A stretch of DNA of 64,000 bases from Catajapyx aquilonaris (Eukaryota). Position numbers and translations under genes: made by a program. The notes beneath the pieces are model-generated. The model saw only the letters and a list, made by a program, of their open reading frames with translations. It did no database searches and had not been told where the DNA came from. The stretch spans positions 1 through 64,000 of the forward strand of contig KZ538192.1 in the NCBI GenBank assembly GCA_000934665.2. The letters run 5' to 3'. Positions 12,887 through 24,230 of this stretch are shown one piece after another. The first letter of the stretch is position 1. The number at the start of each line of letters is the position of its first letter.

Positions 12887-13516
12887 GCCCCCCCCCCCCA
12901 TCCCCCACCCTTTAAAACCATCTCATTCTGGCTACGGGATAGTGAGGCTTCGGCAGAGTAGGGATTGGGAGGCTCTTGAAACTTTCAAGACACACATCGA
13001 TGAAGTAATTGGGAAGAAAAGCCTTCGTCCCCGATAGCTGTAGTTGGGAGGCAGCTGGAAGGAATGTGGGAGGGTAGAAAAGGGGGCCAGAAAAGGAAAG
13101 ATGCGAAGGAGTTCTCACCACCTTCATTCCAGAGCCACTTTTCTCACATAATTGTGTTGGGCTGCCTTCGTCGGCACAGAAAGCAAGATTTTCGATCCAA
13201 TTCCGCCTCTTTTTTCCTTCTCTTCCGCTCTTGTTTTTCCTCCAGAAGGATTTGTAAGAGATATTTACAGCACTTTGGTAAGCTGCAGGCTGATCCGCCT
13301 GCGGAGTGGATGATGCTGTCGTGGGTGTAAATAGTGACACTTTCACAGGTAGAAAGTTATTGCCAGAATAATTAGAAAAACTTTCAATGCTGCATTATAA
13401 TAATTTGTTAATTTTCAATAACATGATGCCTGATCATCCGTGCGGAAAAACAGCAACATAGTAGTTAGGATTTCATTTAATTGTCTTATACCCATGGTGA
13501 CATCAGTTGCCACTTC

Positions 13517-14006
13517 CAAAGAGTTCTGCTATTATACAGGGTGGTTCAAGTTCAAGTGTCGTTTTATAACGGCGATTAATAGCAGTGATTTTGCGATGAC
13601 GTAGCAGCGACGCGTAAAATGTCCCACTTCGGCGCAATCGAAGTGGGCAATTTTACACGTCGCTGCTACGTCATCGTTAAGAGCTTCTATTAATCGCCGT
13701 TATAAAACGACACTTGAAATTGGACCACCCTGTATAATATAATACCTAGAGGAGGTACTCCCTATCCTTTTCCATTAGACAGGCTGAGGTAACGGCCATC
13801 TTGTTGGAGGTAATATTGTTGTTCTAACAGTTGTCTAGCAACTGGGACAACAACCAATAATGACAACTGGGCGACAATTAGTTCAATAATGTCAGGCGTC
13901 CGCCATCTTGTTGGAGGTAATATTGTTGCCTGCATTGTTGCCCGCCTCACATTTCAGCCCGAGTGCCTCCTCTAGGTATTATATTATATAATAGCAGAAC
14001 TCTTTG
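13517..14006. mobile_element. Non-autonomous DNA transposon with 8-bp TSD (P- or hAT-like), hosting a nested MITE
   Basis: TIR CAAAGAGTTCTGCTATTATA...TAATATAATACCTAGAGGAGG mirrors CCTCCTCTAGGTATTATATTATATAATAGCAGAACTCTTTG. TSD GCCACTTC / GGCACTTC (7/8). Internal direct repeat GCCATCTTGTTGGAGGTAATATTGTTG occurs twice. Confidence 0.75.
13537..13732. mobile_element. Tc1/mariner-type MITE, short palindromic form
   Basis: TA|CAGGGTGG...CCACCCTG|TA, almost fully palindromic. Same family as 35395-35788. It sits inside the left TIR of the element at 13517-14006. Confidence 0.85.
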
Positions 14007-15720
14007 GGCACTTCAAATATAGGATTCGTATTGCACTTATTTTTTTGCTAGCGAGCATCATTCCCAGGGGCATAATATTAGTTTGTTGACATGAAAGGGA
14101 GTGATATGGAATATTCTGATTACTGTACATCTTGGCTGACAGAATCAGCAGGATGGTCCCTATTATGATTCACGTGAGGATATCACTGAAAATCAATTGA
14201 TATCACAAGCCTTAGTGACTACTCCCAGTCAAAAATATTAGTCGTGAAATAAGTGAAAAAATTTCTGCACCTCTCCATTACTACAAAATTACTGCATTGC
14301 TCTCGGCCCTCATGTTATACCTATTTCATCATTCTATTTTTTTCCCCTGCTCCACCAATAAAAATAACGACCCATACGCCTACTAAAAATTCAGGCCTGC
14401 CGGTACCATGCATTAGGCTCAGAGGGGGATCTGCAATCATGAAAAACCGTCGAGTGCAATATGAAGTGAGCCTAAAAAATGAATTGGACACTTCAGTATA
14501 TATTTTCAACAAAGTGAAAAACGGCACGTCCAGAAGAGGCAGTGTGTACCTTTCAGCCAGACCTTTTTCCCCTTACCCTAGCACGTATCGACAGCACCTA
14601 CAGAAAAGGTTTGCCGGTGAAACCAGCAGGGCCCCCTAACAGTTGGCATAGTCTGCAAAGTGAGTTGGGAAGCTGCGGATCCGATGCCGCACCGCGCTGA
14701 GCCAATCTCCTCGATTGAATTCATCACTAATTAATTACCACCAAAGCCCAACCTACTGTACTTTTCCACGCTCGGCTTGAGTCTCTTCTCTCCCTCGTTT
14801 CGGTTGGAATTTAACAGTGGGGTGGTCGAAGGGTGGGGGGGGGGGGGCAGGCTTTTCACAGCAAAGGCCATGTTCGCTTCCTCTCGCTTGGCAATCGTTA
14901 TGTCTCGACAATTCTCTTTTCCCTTGTTTACTTCTTTGTAACCTATTTGTTCCCAGACGTGACAGACTCGGGTAAGCTGGATGGTTGTTGAAATAAGGCG
15001 CTGCGTGTGCTCGTCCTTATCTTTCATTGGCTTTTTCTTTTTCTCGCGCGCTTTCCCAAAGGGACGTTTTCACCTAATGGGCCGCGTTTTGGGGGGCCGT
15101 CCTTCACAGAGAGAGTGGTTTGGATTGGGCACTGAGCTCAAGAAGTATTGTTAGAATTGTTTGCTTGGAGGTTCTGTTTCAAATGTATATGTAGGCACTA
15201 CCTTTCTATACGTTATGTTGGATTTGGATGTAGTTTGTTGAAAAATATGCAGTTCAACAGGGTGATGATGAAGACTTCAGAAAATGTTCATTCCAGCAAC
15301 AGGTTTGTATTGCACTTGACGAGAATCACTGTATGTGTTTAAGAGTTGTGTTTATCATCCGTAAAATATTTTTTAATTATAAACTTCACCAGGTCACATC
15401 GTGATGATATGGCATAGATTATCCTATACAGTGGCCCTATAATATGCTGTATTGAGGGTTGCATCATCTTGCAGGTAGCCTACATCTGGTTCCTGAAAAT
15501 TCATACACACTCTGATTCATCTTTGCTCGCACGTCGTGGACTTTTTTTTGTCACTATGCACATATCAGGATATTCCAGTGGGAATGAGTATGCACGAATG
15601 GAACAAGTGATTCAGTATGTTATACAGCTAGCGTGGGCGGTAACAACTTCGCGCCAAAATTAATCATTTTAATTCGTGGTGGTCCTTTTGATTGTAAGAT
15701 GATGGAAAAAAATTCATCTA

Positions 15721-15867
15721 CAGGGTGTCCCAGAAATAATTTTTAAGGATCGTCTGGCTCTCAGAACGTCTATAGGCCTACCGAGTTTACATAGTGATTG
15801 CATAATATTACCACAACACTGTACTATGAGAGACTCTCCTAAGGGTCCAACTTTACGCGACACCCTG
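15721..15867. mobile_element. Small Tc1/mariner-type MITE
   Basis: TA|CAGGGTGTC...GACACCCTG|TA. The TIRs are short. Confidence 0.5.
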
Positions 15868-16136
15868 TACTCAGGGGGGTTTGTTTACATGAAAGATGAC
15901 GCGGCAGTCGCGTGTCCTTGGCATGTTCGACTCGACTTGGCTCCCGCCAGGGGGGGGGGGGGATGTCATGGTAGTTTAGTCACCATCCAAGAGATGCCAG
16001 GAGTGAACCGAATTTGGAACCGCAAAGTTCGAATTCTCTGGGCATATTTTAGCTCGCCAAATTCAAACATCCGCAGACCATCATATGATGGTCGTCGCCC
16101 TCAACAGGTTAAGTTTGGCAGTTTACCTTTTATTAT

Positions 16137-17527
16137 CCTCCTGAGACCTGGCGTCCAATATATTGGACATATGGAAAAGTTTTTTTGGCGCCAACTAGTG
16201 ATGCCAACAGAACTGTAATTTGTTGGTATCCCATGATTACAATCTCGCCTCAATAGGTGTAGCCACCTAGTGTCGAATATCTGACTTGGGCCGCGAAAAT
16301 TAAATCGCGGATAAAATGGCGGATGCCGCTGCTGAAGCTAGGCGTTCATCTGATAAGTTTTATTTTTTACTCATATTTAGAGTGCGATTTTCATCAATGC
16401 AGCGAATGTCCTGGGATTCACAAGGAATGAAGGAATATGTATTAGGAAATACGAAAAAGATGCGCCTGTGGCAATCTTTGTTGCTGTAGAAGTGTAGAGA
16501 ACTGGTAATTTTCTTTTCTTCCTGAGACAAAATGCCCATTTAAATGGGCATCCGAAAAAAGTTTTTTTTAGCTGAATGGACTGTGAGTTTTCTTTAAGTG
16601 CCTGTACCTATACACCCATAAGGAAGTGCGCTTTTCACTAGAGTTCAGTTTTAAAATCTATAATAGCGAGGTACCATGCTGGGAGGTCAGAAGGGAAGGA
16701 GAAAGGCCCATGCCTGGAGTGGTGGCCTTTCAAATAATTTCATATTTATCTTTAATTGTCGTCAGAGGATTTGCTACCATGAATTCCGCAAATGAATGTA
16801 AAAAACACTGTTTGGAGGTTAGAGCACTATGTGAGTGATCAATTGAGTGGCATTTAACATTTCAACATTTATCAGTTCTGCTTTTGTAGCAGCAATTGAG
16901 TCCTAATACCGAAGCAGTGGTAGCGGAGGGGATTTGGTATCCGGCTGCTAATCGGGAGGTCCTGGGTTCGATCCCCGGTGCCGGCAACTCTGGCCGTGGT
17001 TTTCTGTGGTTTCCCACGGTCCCTCCAGGGAATATCCCGGAGTTGTTTCCGTAATAACAGGTCACAGCCGCTTCCTTCCCTTCCTATCCTTGTCCCATAC
17101 CTGAGGAGGTGCGGGGTCTGTGGGGGGTTTCAGATCCCGCACCTAGGGAGCCATCTATGGCGAACGGGCCCCCTGAGGGACTGCACACGACCCCCAACAT
17201 ATAGACAATGCACTAGCACCAGTGTCCCTCCCTCATATCCCTATCCTTCCCTTGCACCGAAGAGAAAAAGAAAAAGAAATTCAGAAAACTGATGGTGGTG
17301 TGGCACCTCCCAAAGAGGCCCTTGATGCCTAGCACGGGGTAAAATAAATAAAAATAAAAATAAAAAATAAAAAATAAATTGAGTCGTAATGTTCTCATTG
17401 GTTGTTTGTCATTATATTTATTTCAGTATTTTAGAATTGTAATTTTTGTCTCGTTTCTTATTAGGAAAATGTTCAGAAAATGCAATAGGAACTGTGCGTT
17501 ACTCAATTCTTCTCGGGTCTCAGGAGG
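16137..17527. mobile_element. TTAA-type (piggyBac-like) non-autonomous element carrying a SINE
   Basis: TIR CCTCCTGAGACC / GGTCTCAGGAGG with flanks TTAT (left) and TTAA (right). Confidence 0.6.
16908..17376 (+). mobile_element. tRNA-derived SINE, family A, tail type 2
   Basis: Family A head and body, then a different 3' part (CCTGAGGAGGTGCGG...GGGACTGCACACG...), ending GCACGGGGTA plus an A-rich tail. TSD AATTGAGTC(C/G)TAAT at 16894-16907 and 17377-17390. Confidence 0.88.
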
Positions 17528-18037
17528 TTAAAATTTCCCATACCATGTTCATATATATATATAGTATAGGGGACTCTAAAGTCAGGACACATAGGTAATA
17601 CTCGTAATATTGTATGTTGGTTGTCAGGATTACCGATATTACCAAACAACAATGCAATATAATTACCTGTGTGTCCTTAGGGGTCATCCTGTAGAATTAC
17701 AGTCCTTTTGGTAATGCTTCTTAGATTCATATTTCAAGTCACAACTTCCCGAATAAAATTGTACACATTAGTTCTGAACTCAAGAGTCATTTTGAGAGCC
17801 TTTTTTTTTACAAGAAGGCGGGTAAGCAGCGCTCTGAAATCCTGGGAACTCTGTAATTATACTTACAACCGGTGCCTTCTTCCATTCACCAATGATATGA
17901 TTTCTACTATGTAGAACATTTCCAAACAAAAATATATATCGTACTTATATGGAGAGGCAGGAGATGAATGTAAGCAAGATTCCAATGTGAAAGTTCACTC
18001 CAACATATCACAATCCACTGTATAATTTTTAAAATCA

Positions 18038-18470
18038 ATTCCAAAAACAGCTTTTTTAAAACGAAAAATCACACTGTGACAGCATCCTTGCCCTTCAGCT
18101 GCACAGCTGGGCGAGGGATCTGTCGAAGAGGTTGGGAATGATACAATAGGGAAATACAAAAAAATCTGTGACAGGATACTGGTAGCATTCGTCGACCGAA
18201 AGTCTGCATGCATGCTATTGTGAAAGGAGAGGGGCTTACTGCTCCTCCAGACCAATCCAGATCTTAGATCCAGATCACTTGATAAGTTCAAATTCGATCC
18301 CACCCCACCAGCCCGCCGAACTATTTTTTTATCCGTGTCACCATGACGACAGTTGAGTGTACGTAGAACAGTTGAGCTTCGAAACGGCATCACTTGAGCT
18401 AGATATGACAGTGGCAGCGAGAGAGAGCTGTCACAGAGCGATTTTGCTTTTAAAAAGTAGCTTTGGGAAC
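18038..18470. mobile_element. Old MITE-like inverted repeat upstream of the Kelch gene
   Basis: Degenerate arms of about 45 bp: CTTTTTTAAAACGAAAAATCACACTGTGACAGC versus GCTGTCACAGAGCGATTTTGCTTTTAAAAAG. No clear TSD. Confidence 0.45.
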
Positions 18471-18804
18471 AAACCTTTATTGATTTTCTGTCTGGATAGA
18501 AAATTTTCCTATTGACAACTTGCTTCCGTATTATTTACTTATTTGGCCAACAATAAGGTGCCGGTTACTAGGAGTTGTTGTTTTGATTCTTTATTGGATG
18601 ACCGATCGAATAGTTCGGATCATAGCTGTCAGCAGTCGTCTGAAATATTTTGTGGTATCCTGTGAATAAGGAAGAGTACGCACGAGTTAGTGAGGCTAAG
18701 GAATTCAAACACTAGCGATCAGGTCGTAACCCCCCGGAGAAGGCAAAGAAGGCGTTGGTTAGGAGTAGAGGTGCCCGAGAGGGGCAATAGTGGACAGGAG
18801 TAAG

Positions 18805-19253
18805 ATGGAGAGTACGAGAGACGCGGACGAGGTGCAGGCAGGGCCTTCCACGGCCGTACGAGAGGGAGAAGCAACAAACATGCTGCTCCAAATGGAGGAT
18901 AGGATATGTGATGCAACCATTACCTTGAAGGAAGACGGTGCCGTATTCCACGTCAATCGTGCTGCACTGGAAAACAGGAGCAGAGTTTTAAAGTTCCTGT
19001 TCTCAATCCCACCTGACGACGACCAGGACGATGTAACTCTGAGTGGGGTGGACAGAAGCACTATGGCAGTCATCCTGGGGTATGTCTACACCCAAAGGGC
19101 GGCATTGACGGAAGATAACGTCCAGACGGTTATGTTGGCGTCTCACATCCTAGAGATGTGCGACCTCGTGGAAGAGTGCTGCCGCTTCCTCTGCCAACAT
19201 TTGCAGCCCGCCAACTGCATCTATATGAAGAACTTTGCATCATGGATTGGACG
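18805..19253 (+). CDS. KLHL10: Kelch-like gene exon 1 (BTB/POZ domain)
   Basis: ATG at 18805. Encodes CDATITL..G..F.VNR, ILGYVYT...LTEDNVQTVMLASHILEM..L...CC.FL...L.P.NCI. Donor G|GTATGT at 19254 (phase 2). An upstream exon cannot be excluded. Confidence 0.88.
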
Positions 19254-21586
19254 GTATGTTGTCCCTTCTCCTTTTTCACGGCAACACTTTCTGTCCGTAA
19301 TCGCGGGGTAATAACAGATGGCTTCCTTCTAGAAACATTACATGCGCCCAGCAGTTGGAGAGAGAGGCGAAGCAGTATATCCTAAGAAATTTCGAGGAGG
19401 TTCTTAATCAGTGCCCAGATCTCCTGGAGATTTCCCATCAGGAGATGGTTACCATTCTATGTCAGTATTTAATTTTAGCCTGGCTGCTTTGTGCTTTGTA
19501 TCGATCGTCTTTGGTAGTAGAAGCAACAACCTGCGTATTTACACATATTTCTCTTGCAGCTTCGAATGAGTTATTCGTAAAGAAGGAGGAGATTGTATGG
19601 GACGCCGTAGTAAAATGGATCGACAATGCTCCAGATGCCCGGCGAAGCCATGTTGAGGAGCTCTTTAACACCGTTCGTCTTGGCATGATGGAAAGCTTTG
19701 CGTCCTTAGACCGGATGAAAGATCACCCATATGTGTCCGAGAGCAACAACTGCACCAATCTCTTGTTGGCGGCTCGCGATTTCATCCATCATACACAGGA
19801 CCTTACTCTCCTCGACGGTCACATCAAGACTCCGTATGACCTCCGTCCTCGTTTGCCAAGAGATATTATCTTCGTCATCGGAGGAATAACTTCGTGGAGC
19901 ATTACAGCCAGTTTCTTTGAGTCGTATGATAGTCCAATTGACCGATGGACTGGTGAGGCTCCCAACTTGGGTGAAACGTACGTCTGGACACATAATGGAA
20001 CTACGGTGCTGGGCCACACGTTGTTTTTCATCGGAGGATGCGATGCTGTACGCTCCTACAGCACATGTAGTTCATTCAGTGTCGAGGAGAAAGTATGGAA
20101 GTCTCTGGCCCCAATGTCCTATAACAGGTTAGCTTTTTTTTGTATTTTTGAAAGTGCTTCTTTCGTCTGCCCGTAACAATAATATTGCTCTACTTGACAT
20201 AGTTACAACTACGGTCTTAGAAGAATAGATCGGGACACTCGCCGCCATCTTGAGTGCCGTTATCCCTTCCCGCAGTGGAGCTAGTGTATCTGCAGTGGAA
20301 TAAAGCTGTTGAACTCGAAGCTCCATAAGTTCAGCGCCTCTTACGGCACAACTATGCACTAATGCCTACAGCTCTACATGGCTCTATAGGCGTTAGTGCA
20401 TAGTTGTGCCGCAAGAGGCGCTGAAGCTATGGAGATGCGAGTTACACAGCGGGATTCCATTGCAGATATACTAGCTCCACTGCGGGAAGGGATAACGGCA
20501 CAGCTTTTTCTATTGGGCTGGGATAGAAGTGACCGCGAGGTGGTTACAACCATCTCCTGCATACCTAAGTGAAATATGCAGATTTGAACATACGTACTGT
20601 AGATTAAGAACTTGACAATGCGGTATACACTGTATTCCCGCTTATCCGGGCATCGTCAAATAATTAAGTTTGTCTAAATGAAAATCCCAAAAAATGTTAA
20701 TGTTTCGCAAACAAAGAAATATACAGTAAGATACTTTTTCCGGAAAAGAAAATTAAAATCTCTTGTAAGTTTTATTGATTAAACCTTATTTAACGTAGCA
20801 TACACAATGTACAGTAGTACATTTTAAAACCTGTGAATAGTTCATTTTCACGGTATTTGGGACCATTGACGGTTTATCCGTATTTACCTATTACACTGTT
20901 CTACAAAATTACACTTTTTTCTATTTTCTGGAGATACGAATAGTAATAATTCCTATTGTAATTTCGGCGCTAAATCCGAATATCTGCTCAGAAGGTTTCT
21001 GTAACGCACACTTTTTGAGACATATCGTTTTAAAACTTTTAACGGTTTACTAGGAGTCTTTCCAAAACAAGTGGGCTTAAATGTTGCTAGACCGACTCGG
21101 ATCTTGATGAAAATAATCACAGATATACGCAACTAATCCTTAATGCTGCTTATAAAGGTTCAACCATATTGCGCAATACCATGATGACGGGAAAAAATCG
21201 CAAATATCTGGAAATTGCTGAAAATGAGGCCTTTTTTGGAGATATTCTTTCGGTTAATGGAAGTGTTCAAAGCCCAATGAACATAATTATATATCCAAAG
21301 AAACCGAAGCAGTTTGGTGGAGTGGATAAGGTGTTCGACTGCTAATCGGGAGGTCCTGGGTTCGAGTCCCGGGGCCGGCAATCCTAACCGTGGTTTTCTG
21401 CGGTTTCCCACGGTCCCCCAGGAGAATTCCGGGATTGCTTCCTAAATAATAGGCCACAGCCGCTTCCCTCCGTCCCCATCCTATCCCAAAAAGCAAAGTA
21501 AAAAAATGTAAGCAAAGAGTTCCAGTCAAAACAAAATTGAGATGAACTTCCCCCTAAAGAGCCGCCGGCTGATAGCGGTGTATGAA

Positions 21587-21664
<78 letters not shown>

Positions 21665-24230
21665 GTGACCAACATAAGGTTCAGTATGTTAAGTTTGAGA
21701 CCTGGGTCATGCATGGTTCGCGAGAAAATAATATATGGGTGATTCTCCAAAAACTTACCATTTTCAAAGCAAGAATTAATGAATTTCAAAACTTATTTTA
21801 AAAATCTGGAAAAATTCTCACTTACTCTATATGAGGTCACAAATCAGGTATAAAAATATGGGGAACTAACTCTGATATTCTAATGCCAGGAGAGTGAATA
21901 TTATTTCCAAGAGTTCGGGAGCCAGAAGAATGACCTATGCATGCAATAGGATTAATATCAAGATCCAGAACAAACGTTGTCTATGGAAATTTCTGTGGGT
22001 TCATGACATCCCTTCATGCCATGGAATCGCAGTTATTTCAAAACATTTAAGCTATTCTGTGATATAGAAAAATGAGCCAGGAGTGTGAACTTTTTATTTC
22101 CGGGAAAACTCGGGACACACTTTGGAGTGATGCAGCTAGGTCATGTCAAATGAATAAATCGTTTTAAAAATGTTGTTTTATACTTTCAATTATTTACAAT
22201 TTAATTATAGTATTGAAACTTGTCTAATGTTAATGATAAAATTGTAAGAAAATATAGCATGCTTTAAAATGAGATGGGGACATGCCACGAATAGTGATTT
22301 TATTCCCTTAGACATTTTTTGCAGTAAAACTTAATTTAATATTTTTCTTTGTTTTCATGAGGATGGCTAGGTGTCAACTGCTTCTACGAATGATTAAAAA
22401 ATCAACTCTCTCAGTCAAGCCATTTATGAGTTATTATGCCGGGACATGGTATTGGTAAGTTTTAGGAGAATCACCCTTGCATATATGCCGTTAATTTCAC
22501 TCTTCTACAAAAAAACTTTTTGCTCTTTGTGAAGATCTGAATAATAGTGATTCTTACAGTGCCTTTCGCCATGATTCCACATCTGTACTTAGAATTGTGC
22601 TATCAGACACAGTTTTTGAGATATACTGCATTTACTAAATGCAGTATATCTCAAAAACTGTGCCTGATAGCACAATATTCTAATTACAGATGTGGAATCA
22701 TGGCGAAAAGTACTGTAAGAATCACTATTCACATTTTCAGAGAGATCAAAAAGGTTTTTTTTGTAGAAGAGTTAAATTAACGGCATAAATTATATGCAAA
22801 ACATATATATTATTTTCTCGCGAACCATGCATGACCCAGGCCTCAAACTTAACATACTAAACCTTATATCGGTCACATCTAGTTTCACCAAATATGACTG
22901 ATGTAAAGCAAATACATCACTAATATTTATTGTTGAGGTCACAACTCTTGGGCATGTGACCAATGAAATGCCATAAAAATTCATTTTTACATTTTTGAGT
23001 AAAATGAATTTCATAGGAGCATTTTCCTAGTGTTTCTATTTCTTTGGATATATATGTTCATTGGGTTTTGACCACTTCCACTAACCGAAAAAAAATCTCC
23101 AAAAAAGGCAGGCCTCATTTTCAGCCATTTCCATATACTGTATTTGCGATTTTCTTCCTCGTCATGGTATTTCGCAATATGGCTGAAGCTTTATAAGCAG
23201 CATTAAGGAATAATTAGTTGAGTACATCTGCGATTAATTTCACCAAGATCCGAGACGGTCTAGCAAAATTTAGGCCCACTTGATTCGGAAAGATCCCTAG
23301 TAAACCTTTCAAAGTTTTGAAACGATATATCTCAAAAACTGTGCCTGACAGCACAATTCTAATTACAGATTTGGAATCGGCGGCGAAAAAACATATTGGA
23401 ACACATATCATAACCCGAGATAAAAAAATACCCATGTCGAACAGTGTAATCTGGCCCTTGCATTCATTAGCACGGATAATCGGGAGAACAGTGTACATAT
23501 ACAAACGCACACTTTGGCAATAATGAAATAATATGCCCGCAGAGCCCACCTGAGCGTTCAGGTACTTGGGGACTACATCTACGCCCTTGGAGGAAAAGAC
23601 TTTGGTGTGTACCCTCACAGGACAGTCGAAAGGTACAATCCCCAGACAAACGCTTGGTGTACGATGGCTTCTATGAATGTGCGTCGAACTGGGGCCAGTA
23701 CCGCTGCCATGAATGGCAAGCTGTATATCGTAGGAGGCTTCGACGGATTTCGTAACATCAACTCCGCAGAAATGTACGACCCAGAACGTAACGAATGGAC
23801 GTTGATAGAAGCAATGCAGTCTCCACGAGCTTATCTGTGTTGCGTAGCCTACCATGGGAGCCTGTACGCCATCGGGGGCCGTGACTACGACGATTCCCAT
23901 CTGGACACCTCAGAAAGGTACGACCCATCGGTCGGGGCCTGGGTCCCTGTCAACTCGCAGATGCACTACGCGCGCTCGTCCTTCGCCGCTGTTGTCCTAC
24001 ATGAGGAGATCGTTGTCATGGGCGGCAGGAATCAGCTGGTAACTTTGAACGAAGTGGAGTGTTATGATGACACCAGAAGTGTATGGAGAGAGGCCACCGC
24101 ATTTAACCTACCACGCTACGCCCATACCGCATGTGTGGTACGGGATATTCCTAACAGGACAGAGTTCATCTACGCGAGGCGTCACAGTTGCTGGAGGAGA
24201 AGCGAGAGACGCACCTGGGAGCATCCATAG
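18805..24230 (+). CDS. KLHL10: Kelch-like protein (BTB-BACK-6 Kelch), KLHL10-like; join(18805..19253,19333..19460,19560..20127,23543..24230), about 610 aa
   Basis: Four exons splice in frame at GT-AG sites (449+128+568+688 = 1833 nt). The product has BTB, BACK, the linker RPRLPRDIIFVIGG and six Kelch repeats with the GG...Y(D/N/S)...W pattern. The KLHL10 assignment rests on recalled motif similarity and is less certain than the Kelch-family call. Confidence 0.88.
19333..19460 (+). CDS. KLHL10: Kelch-like gene exon 2 (start of BACK domain)
   Basis: Acceptor TTCCTTCTAG ends at 19332. Encodes NITCAQQLEREAKQYILRNFEEV...LLEISHQEMVTIL. Donor GTCAGT at 19461 (phase 1). Confidence 0.82.
19560..20127 (+). 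CDS. KLHL10: Kelch-like gene exon 3 (BACK end, Kelch repeats 1-2)
   Basis: Acceptor TTTCTCTTGCAG ends at 19559. Encodes SSNELFVKKEEIVWDAVVKWI...VRL...RPRLPRDIIFVIGG...APMSYNR. Donor AG|GTTAGC at 20128 (phase 2). Confidence 0.88.
20254..20501. mobile_element. Fold-back (palindromic MITE-like) element in intron 3
   Basis: Arms of about 120 bp: GTGCCGTTATCCCTTCCCGCAGTGGAGCTAG...GGCACAACTATGCACTAA versus TTAGTGCATAGTTGTGCC...CTAGCTCCACTGCGGGAAGGGATAACGGCAC. Confidence 0.75.
21303..21664 (+). mobile_element. tRNA-derived SINE, family A, tail type 1, with long (ATT)n
   Basis: Anticodon-loop-like CGACTGCTAATCG, B-box GGTTCGAGTCC, family body and an (ATT)n tail of about 70 nt. No TSD. Confidence 0.9.
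21737..22476. mobile_element. Tc1/mariner-like non-autonomous element
   Basis: 24-bp TIR GGGTGATTCTCCAAAAACTTACCA / TGGTAAGTTTTAGGAGAATCACCC (1 mismatch). The outermost bases are eroded. Confidence 0.65.
22484..22787. repeat. Palindrome of about 300 bp related to the terminal module of the surrounding element
   Basis: ATGCCGTTAATTT...GATATACTGCATTT-ACT-AAATGCAGTATATC...AAATTAACGGCAT. It shares ATATCTCAAAAACTGTGCCTGA.AGCACAAT with about 23326-23357. Confidence 0.85.
23543..24230 (+). CDS. KLHL10: Kelch-like gene exon 4 (Kelch repeats 3-6)
   Basis: Acceptor CCCGCAG ends at 23542. Encodes RAHLSVQVLGDYIYALGG...VERYNPQTNAW, KLYIVGGFDG...AEMYDP, LYAIGG...ERYDP and IVVMGG...VECYD. Stop TAG at 24228-24230. 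Confidence 0.92.

Larger units (their letters stand above)
20894..23446. mobile_element. Large long-TIR fold-back DNA element with nested insertions
   Basis: Ends TA|CACTGTTC...GAACAGTG|TA. 20894-21302 is the diverged reverse complement of about 23037-23446, and 21665-21736 mirrors about 22805-22876. Confidence 0.8.

Noticed and set aside
12583..13037. ORFs spanning the N gap, and a weak LINE-like peptide (WEALETFKTHIDEVIG)
   Set aside because: The ORFs are open only because of the Ns. The LINE similarity is too short to call.
23214..23900. 228-aa minus-strand ORF
   Set aside because: It is the antisense shadow of Kelch exon 4 plus TE arm sequence.
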